Sequence record: NC_048731.1
DNA: 64,000 bases
Source: Escherichia phage fp01
Direction: 5' to 3' (one strand)
A model generated the notes under the pieces. That model was not told where the DNA came from. It searched no databases and saw nothing but the letters and a program-made list of their open reading frames with translations. A program made the translations under genes and the position numbers. Of the stretch, positions 58,464-64,000 are shown piece by piece. Each line of letters opens with the position of its first letter. The stretch's first letter is position 1.

Positions 58464-58754
58464 TTAGTCCTCTGGATTATCATCCAGGAAATTTTTAATA
58501 GCTTCGTGCATAGTTTCTTTACGAAGCTGACGTCCAATCAGAATATGATTAGCTTCTACTCGACCATTAGGTAAGCGATCCGCCAGAACCACTACAGGAA
58601 CTTGGCGCACTCCAAATTTCTGCATTAATTCTGTATTATCAGTCTCTTTATGGATTTCCAAATTATAGTCACTGACTACTTTATCAAATACTGGCTCAAA
58701 CATTTTGCAAGGATTGCAAGTGGAACCTTTCAATAGATATACTAATTTACTCAT
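58464..58754 (-). CDS. thioredoxin/glutaredoxin-like protein
   Basis: Active-site-like 'CNPC' near N-terminus in a ~96-aa protein. Confidence 0.55.
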   Translation of the reverse strand: MSKLVYLLKGSTCNPCKMFEPVFDKVVSDYNLEIHKETDNTELMQKFGVRQVPVVVLADRLPNGRVEANHILIGRQLRKETMHEAIKNFLDDNPED

Positions 58755-59178
58755 AGTTATTAATGGCCTCTAAGAAGTTTTTCATAGTTTTTACAGTTGC
58801 GGTGCTCAGATCAAGATTTACACCCAAACACTCGGTTAGTGCTTCCTGATAAGGAGCCTTTAATCTGCCTTCTGGGACTTCTACCTTCTTATATTCTTTA
58901 TTTTTGACCTTTTTAATCATAGTCTCTAGTACAAGAAGAGGTAATTTAGCACCTTCAATATCAGTACCCAAAAGTTCAGTTAAAATTTTATTAAGATCAA
59001 GACGAGTTAACTTTTTGCCCTTAGACATAGATGCACCTACCTTTGTATCAATAGATTTTTCCGCTTTCTTTTCGAGCTTTTTGTACTCAGGAGAGTCATG
59101 ATCACGGAGTGCAATGTTTAGCTCGTACTGTGGTATACGAAAATGTTCCGCCATTTGAGTATAGAAACGATCAGACAT
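58747..59178 (-). CDS. hypothetical protein (143 aa)
   Basis: ORF. Confidence 0.45.
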   Translation of the reverse strand: MSDRFYTQMAEHFRIPQYELNIALRDHDSPEYKKLEKKAEKSIDTKVGASMSKGKKLTRLDLNKILTELLGTDIEGAKLPLLVLETMIKKVKNKEYKKVEVPEGRLKAPYQEALTECLGVNLDLSTATVKTMKNFLEAINNYE

Positions 59179-59213
59179 AATATATACCTCTCTCTTAACT
59201 AATTTATGTATAT

Positions 59214-59242
59214 ATTATATAATAACTAGGGCTAAAAGTCAA
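59214..59242 (-). promoter_or_regulatory. sigma70 promoter (T5 early type)
   Basis: Minus-strand 'TTGACT' + 17 nt + 'TATAAT' + 'ATATACATAAATTAG'. Confidence 0.5.
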
Positions 59243-59255
59243 CTACTTTTTTATC

Positions 59256-59672
59256 TTAATCTACTGCATGGATAAATCTTTTCCTAACTAGATACATAGT
59301 TATTGGGTAAATTGAGTACATAAGTATCGGGGAGAAAAGGGTGAAATAAGCTGTAACTCCCCCAGCTAACATCAAAGGTATTAATGCTAGAGTAAGGGCC
59401 ATAAGAATCATGCCGAATGAAACAGCCAAAGCTATGGATATAGGATTCTCTAGTTCCATCCATAGCCAACAATATTTCGTATCTCTATGGCAATTGCATT
59501 TACAAACGCCGAATGAACCCATAATTATATACTCTAGTCCGTGAATAACCTTTATTAATAAGCTATTTCGGGTAGTTAATGCAAGGATAGTAAAGACTAT
59601 CATTAAAATGAATACTACTAGACTTATTTTCCAGATACCTAGCAGCATCATAGTGAATAGTTCTGCAAACAT
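59256..59672 (-). CDS. multi-pass membrane protein with 'CKCNCH' motif
   Basis: Four hydrophobic segments; located just downstream of endolysin. Confidence 0.45.
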   Translation of the reverse strand: MFAELFTMMLLGIWKISLVVFILMIVFTILALTTRNSLLIKVIHGLEYIIMGSFGVCKCNCHRDTKYCWLWMELENPISIALAVSFGMILMALTLALIPLMLAGGVTAYFTLFSPILMYSIYPITMYLVRKRFIHAVD

Positions 59673-59750
59673 GGCTTTCTCCTATCTTCAAAAAATTATT
59701 AAAGCCCCCTTTGCCTAAAAAGGCGGGAATATTCCCGCCTCAGTTATTAA

Positions 59751-60164
59751 TTAAACTAGTTCTACATGACCGCCATCATAGGTACCACGTTTTATTTCAT
59801 CGTGATAGTCTCCCGAAGCATTCCAATCAGCACCAAAACGAAGTTTAATGCCTAGTTCTTTACCTGCTTGTTCAAAAGCCTTTTTAACTGCCCAAAATGC
59901 TTCTAAGTCATTCCAATCAATCTTGCCATTAATGTATGGAGCAAAATCAAGAGCATCCCCAGTAATATGCTTGCTTTTACTAGGATCTTTTAAAAATGAA
60001 GTACCATTAGCAATATTCTGGGCACTTTGTGCTACTGTACGAATACCCTGTACGATCGTGAAATCATATGGAGATAATTCTAAAGCTCTACGAGCTACTT
60101 TTTGTAGCTCTGGCTTAACGGTAGCTAATTGTTTTTCGCTATTTTTACCAAATTTAAAACTCAT
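59751..60164 (-). CDS. lys: endolysin, L-alanyl-D-glutamate peptidase type (T5 Lys-like, 137 aa)
   Basis: Sequence 'MSFKFGKNSEKQLATVKPELQKV...' matches T5 endolysin as I recall it; coupled to holin gene. Confidence 0.8.
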   Translation of the reverse strand: MSFKFGKNSEKQLATVKPELQKVARRALELSPYDFTIVQGIRTVAQSAQNIANGTSFLKDPSKSKHITGDALDFAPYINGKIDWNDLEAFWAVKKAFEQAGKELGIKLRFGADWNASGDYHDEIKRGTYDGGHVELV

Positions 60165-60817
60165 ATTGATCTACCTAAAGATCTCTGTTGTGGGGAACAG
60201 AGCTTTGTTAAATACTCGTTAAATTTCTCAGAATCGGCTGCATCTACAGGATTATCTTTCCAAGCAATACCAATATATCCAGCATAGATATTGTTTAGAT
60301 TGAAATACGGACAAGTGTATATGTAATTAAAAGTAACGTTCTTAAACGCAGGTATATTTAACCCCATGTATTTATTTACTTTTACACTTAAATCCGATGC
60401 GTAGTTAAAGCCTTCCAAGTGACGTCTATATAGCTCAGACGTTTTATTTACCGCTTTATCGGCCAAGTCAGCCCTATCTAATTGCGCATTGCTTTCCCAT
60501 GCAATAATGTTAGAATAATCATTAATGGCATCGGGTTTATACTTGACGACAAAAACAGCATCCGCACCCGTTTGAGAAAAGAGTACCATGCTTTTTTCTC
60601 TAGCTACATTAGGAAAGTTATCTATCCTTTGAGTTTGAACATCCTGTAGAACCGCAGACGTGGAGAAAGTCTTTAAGAATGACATCACCTCGCTAGTATT
60701 ACTAACAAATAAGAAAATAATGACAGCAACTAAGATAGTTAGCAGACGTTTAAGAAGCGATGCTGGATCTTTCGCTTCTTGGAGCAGTACCGTTAATAAT
60801 TGTAAGAACTTTTCCAA
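60161..60817 (-). CDS. hol: holin, T4 T-type (single N-terminal TM, large periplasmic domain, 218 aa)
   Basis: One TM 'LLTILVAVIIFLFV' then ~170-aa soluble domain; directly upstream of endolysin. Confidence 0.7.
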   Translation of the reverse strand: MEKFLQLLTVLLQEAKDPASLLKRLLTILVAVIIFLFVSNTSEVMSFLKTFSTSAVLQDVQTQRIDNFPNVAREKSMVLFSQTGADAVFVVKYKPDAINDYSNIIAWESNAQLDRADLADKAVNKTSELYRRHLEGFNYASDLSVKVNKYMGLNIPAFKNVTFNYIYTCPYFNLNNIYAGYIGIAWKDNPVDAADSEKFNEYLTKLCSPQQRSLGRSI

Positions 60818-60973
60818 TTGTAACCTCCTCTAACCAGTACCATTATACTAATTTTGGAGGAAAATTACAATGTGTTTTTAAAGATCACTTCTGGAGCATA
60901 AAATTTTGTCGTTGTCAAGAAGAATTTTAGATAAAAGAAAAGCCAGGGTCGTTAAACCCTGGCTTAAAATTAC

Positions 60974-61573
60974 TTACTCTTCGTTATGCTCCTCGGATTG
61001 AGGTAACTGGGCTTTATTATATTGCTCAGATCGATATTTTGCCAAGATTTCAATACGCTTATGGATTTCTTTGCTATCTAGATAGATATTTTTGTTGTCT
61101 TTTACCATCTCGTCGATTTCATCTATTGAGAAGAACGGATAGTAGACATCTAGCATCATATCTTCTACGAACTTGTTGTAAGATTCATAGGCTTTCTTGA
61201 TTTCTTGACCTTTCTCACAGAATCCGCCAGAGAACGTGTGTCCCATTAGCGTAGCATGTGGATGTACTACCCACCCATGACAGGATAGGAAAATTGTGCA
61301 GTAAGCAGAAGCACTAGGACCAACCAGATGTCCTATAACTGTTCCACGGCAATTAGCAATTAAGTTAGATAACTGTGCAGCAGTATCAACATAACCACCA
61401 GGGCCATTAATCATCAGATTAATTTCGTCGTCCTCATTTGCTTGCATAAGTACCATTGATAAATCACGGTATTCATCCGGCGGGCCTAATTCTTCATCAA
61501 AGAAAAAGGTATACTCATTAGATTGGCGAATGGAGTGAAACAGGTTAGTCTTTTCTTCTTTTTTATTAGTCAT
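60974..61573 (-). CDS. ClpP-like serine protease
   Basis: 'INGPGGYV' and 'GHLVGPSASAYCTIFLSCHG' resemble ClpP active-site regions. Confidence 0.55.
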   Translation of the reverse strand: MTNKKEEKTNLFHSIRQSNEYTFFFDEELGPPDEYRDLSMVLMQANEDDEINLMINGPGGYVDTAAQLSNLIANCRGTVIGHLVGPSASAYCTIFLSCHGWVVHPHATLMGHTFSGGFCEKGQEIKKAYESYNKFVEDMMLDVYYPFFSIDEIDEMVKDNKNIYLDSKEIHKRIEILAKYRSEQYNKAQLPQSEEHNEE

Positions 61574-61585
61574 AGCGATCCTTGA

Positions 61586-62338
61586 TTATCCAACTAGTGG
61601 TTCTAGCTCTAAGTCACAGAAGTTATAAACTTCTAGTTTAAGGTTATTGATACCATCGAATTTATTAACTAATTCGTGAGTAATATATTTTGCAGGAATG
61701 CCACTTTCAGATGGATGATCTGATTTAATAGTGAACTTCTGCTCAGCGGGTACTACATTTACTATCAAAGAATCCATATCTAAATGGTTTGTTTCTCTGA
61801 GTAGCTCTCCTTCATTGGGGAATCTAACATCTGTTATTACGGCGACGTCTGGGTCGTCTTTAGCGATGGATTGCTCCAGAATTATGAGCCAAATGCGTTC
61901 ATGCACCAGCTGCCTTCCTAGCTCTGTTCCTACGAGCTGTAACATTTTTCTCGGAGAAATAAATAAGCTATAAAGACCGTCTTCTTTATTCTCTGAGATA
62001 AGTTGTTGAGGATTAAGATATTTTTCCTCAAAAATAGGCCAAACGTACGAGAAGTCTTCAAACTTATCGATACCGTACTTAAACCACACATCTCTGGCTC
62101 GCTCCAGTTGAGATTGTGTGACCGTAAACCATTGGTCAACCTCTTTCCCCCTGCGCTCTCCTAGAAACTCTGGAGTTACACCGAGGATTACGGATGCAAG
62201 TTCATAAACGGGCTTAGCAAAACTATAACGACGGGGTAAACACGTTGGATACGTGTCATTACACCAATCGATAATTAATTTTGCAACGGTATCTTTTCCC
62301 GAACCAGCTTCACCATGTAAACCGACTAATACTGACAT
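61586..62338 (-). CDS. dnk: deoxynucleoside monophosphate kinase
   Basis: P-loop 'GLHGEAGSGKDT'; 250 aa; matches T5 dNMP kinase in size and position. Confidence 0.65.
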   Translation of the reverse strand: MSVLVGLHGEAGSGKDTVAKLIIDWCNDTYPTCLPRRYSFAKPVYELASVILGVTPEFLGERRGKEVDQWFTVTQSQLERARDVWFKYGIDKFEDFSYVWPIFEEKYLNPQQLISENKEDGLYSLFISPRKMLQLVGTELGRQLVHERIWLIILEQSIAKDDPDVAVITDVRFPNEGELLRETNHLDMDSLIVNVVPAEQKFTIKSDHPSESGIPAKYITHELVNKFDGINNLKLEVYNFCDLELEPLVG

Positions 62339-62691
62339 TAATCTTTCCTATTGTTAATTGGTGGATAGTAAACTAAGCAACGTTTTTCTTGTAAATCTTG
62401 GCGATAGAAGCAAACCATACCAGTCAGTCGTGAAATGTAAGAGTAAACTGCTTCCTCACATTTTGCTTTTGCATTCCAATCTTTATATGGTACAACAACT
62501 ACTACGCCATCTTCTCCATTTGTAGCTAATTTCTTTTCAAACTTAAAGTCAAAGCTACAAGGTTGAAGTCCTTTAGGCCAGTCTACATGAGCTTGCTTTA
62601 ACTCATGAGATGGCTCTGGTTTTATTTCTTCTGCACAGCCTGTGATTGTGATTGCGGCTGCGAGCAGTATTCCAAGTTTCCAGTTAAACAC
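62338..62691 (-). CDS. lipoprotein (117 aa)
   Basis: Signal peptide with lipobox 'ITGC'; Cys-rich mature part; overlaps upstream gene by 70 nt. Confidence 0.55.
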   Translation of the reverse strand: MFNWKLGILLAAAITITGCAEEIKPEPSHELKQAHVDWPKGLQPCSFDFKFEKKLATNGEDGVVVVVPYKDWNAKAKCEEAVYSYISRLTGMVCFYRQDLQEKRCLVYYPPINNRKD

Positions 62692-63071
62692 GCTAATCTT
62701 TCCTCGAACTCTTTATTCTGCTTTTTAGCAATTAATGTTACCAACCCAGGCTTTGCAGCTATAATATCTTGGCGACTAAGTGCTTTATCTAACTGCTTGA
62801 TCTTTTTGTCTAGATCTGCTTGCGAAATATTATTCATTGTGAAATACTGATTCATTCTAGTCTCACGAAGTTCACTTTCAGCTTTCACCTTATTAAGCGA
62901 AGTCTCTAGAGAAGAGATCTTTTTAGTAGCTACTGCAAGATCACCTGCTAGAGTCTCAACCTTATTAACTAAGTGATAAGCACCGAATCCGATGCCTATC
63001 GCTAGACCTGCTCCCAGGATAAACCACTTACCGTGCCATATTCCTGAAAGAAGTTTTTGTATCAAATCCAT
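62622..63071 (-). CDS. membrane-anchored coiled-coil protein (i-spanin-like)
   Basis: N-terminal TM 'WFILGAGLAIGIGFGAY' followed by heptad-rich periplasmic region. Confidence 0.45.
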   Translation of the reverse strand: MDLIQKLLSGIWHGKWFILGAGLAIGIGFGAYHLVNKVETLAGDLAVATKKISSLETSLNKVKAESELRETRMNQYFTMNNISQADLDKKIKQLDKALSRQDIIAAKPGLVTLIAKKQNKEFEERLACLTGNLEYCSQPQSQSQAVQKK

Positions 63072-63726
63072 GCGCTGCTAACCTGTCTTTATCTGATACT
63101 TTAATCATATCAGGCTCACCAGTTCCTAGTACACCGAAGATATACTGTTCGAGAACTTGGTGTAAACGGTATAAGTTACTTTCAATTTCCTGCCACGGAA
63201 TACCTGACTGATGGAAACGAATGTTAGTCTGAATCACGAAGTTACGAACATCATCGTTATCGTTCTTCTTGATACCTTTCACATATGCAATCGGTACACG
63301 CAGTTCGGATAAGATACGTTCTGCTTTAGGTTTTGCTTCAACGAGCAAATCACGCATTGTTTCACGAACATCTCCACGACTCTTATCCATTAAGTAAGAG
63401 CGAGCATGCAATCCCATCTCTTCCATTTTATCGAACATAGTGTCGAGATTAAACGTTTTGAAGCTAAATGCTGGATGCCAGCAGTACAGCTCGTGTAACC
63501 AGTAAACTTCACCTGCAACAAATAGTGGATTCACAAAATATTCGAAATCACCACGGAAAGATAGCGAACCATCACGAAATACCTGGCGACTATGCACGAT
63601 GTTCTTTTCTGCATCATCAGTTACTTTAACCAGTAGCTCTTCGGTTTTACGCTCCCAAACACGATCTGCATCAAATAAACTGTTCTGCAAATCATATACG
63701 TCGGCGAATTTAGAAATGATCCTCAT
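63028..63726 (-). CDS. hypothetical protein (232 aa)
   Basis: ORF with PN25-type promoter upstream. Confidence 0.5.
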   Translation of the reverse strand: MRIISKFADVYDLQNSLFDADRVWERKTEELLVKVTDDAEKNIVHSRQVFRDGSLSFRGDFEYFVNPLFVAGEVYWLHELYCWHPAFSFKTFNLDTMFDKMEEMGLHARSYLMDKSRGDVRETMRDLLVEAKPKAERILSELRVPIAYVKGIKKNDNDDVRNFVIQTNIRFHQSGIPWQEIESNLYRLHQVLEQYIFGVLGTGEPDMIKVSDKDRLAAHGFDTKTSFRNMAR

Positions 63727-63757
63727 ATTTAATCCTCTTGCCTCAATCTATAAACAT

Positions 63758-63786
63758 ATTATACAAAAGTTTGGGCATCTAAGCAA
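63758..63786 (-). promoter_or_regulatory. sigma70 promoter (T5 early type)
   Basis: Minus-strand 'TTGCTT' + 17 nt + 'TATAAT' + 'ATGTTTATAGATTGAGG'. Confidence 0.5.
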
Positions 63787-64000
63787 CTAAAATTTTATTA
63801 TAAAAATAGCCCAGTCGCAAAAGTGCAGGCTGGGCTTTGTCATTATTTGCTTTTGCTAGTAAGCTGACTTAGTGTCAATCTTATGTAATATTAGTTTCTC
63901 TAGCTTTGCGTAGTACCCCTGCATTTCTCCACAATTTGATGTCAGCAACTGTTTCTTTATATGGAGCAATGGTAGAACCAATTGGGCCAGCAACTAATAG

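Noticed and set aside
1-64000. tRNA genes (T5-like phages carry a tRNA cluster)
   Set aside because: By eye I found no cloverleaf-compatible 70-90 nt segments in the ORF-free intervals; the T5 tRNA cluster would be expected further into the early region, outside this window. A tRNAscan run is needed to be sure.
1-64000. Integrase, repressor or other lysogeny module, and classical defence systems (R-M, toxin-antitoxin, Abi)
   Set aside because: No recombinase, HTH repressor or methyltransferase motifs seen; gene content is that of a strictly virulent T5-like phage.

Overview
This window reads as a contiguous piece of a T5-like siphophage genome (Tequintavirus-type architecture). All calls rest on motifs visible in the six-frame translations, gene order and sizes, and recall of phage T5; no database search was run. 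Layout: (1) 1-11.2 kb, plus strand, replication module: primase C-terminus, family-A DNA polymerase, helicase, an acidic-tailed SSB-like protein, SbcD/SbcC-like pair, flap endonuclease, dUTPase. (2) 11.3-38.3 kb, minus strand, late module: terminase, portal, protease, capsid, tail tube, tape measure, baseplate, L-shaped tail fibre, and the receptor-binding protein with a divergent Llp-like lipoprotein; an assembly gap (41 N) sits inside a tandem-repeat stretch of the tail-fibre gene. (3) 38.7-50.7 kb, a GC-richer island that looks like the pre-early / first-step-transfer region: HAD 5'-deoxyribonucleotidase, A1-like metallophosphatase, A2-sized protein, an HNH homing endonuclease, a nine-gene plus-strand operon of unknown small proteins, and a ~1.3 kb ORF-free repeat landscape (DnaA boxes, iteron-like repeats, palindromes, eight copies of GTGCAAATCCGACA, G-rich purine repeats). 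(4) 50.9-64 kb, minus strand, early genes: endolysin, T4-type holin, ClpP-like protease, dNMP kinase, two metallophosphatases, thioredoxin-like protein, lipoproteins, HNH endonuclease, each cluster preceded by PN25-like sigma70 promoters. Late genes running directly into pre-early genes implies a collapsed terminal repeat or circularly closed assembly. The most promising places for undescribed biology are the uncharacterised plus-strand operon in the first-injected DNA and the adjacent repeat landscape. No tRNA, CRISPR array, integrase or lysogeny module was found.
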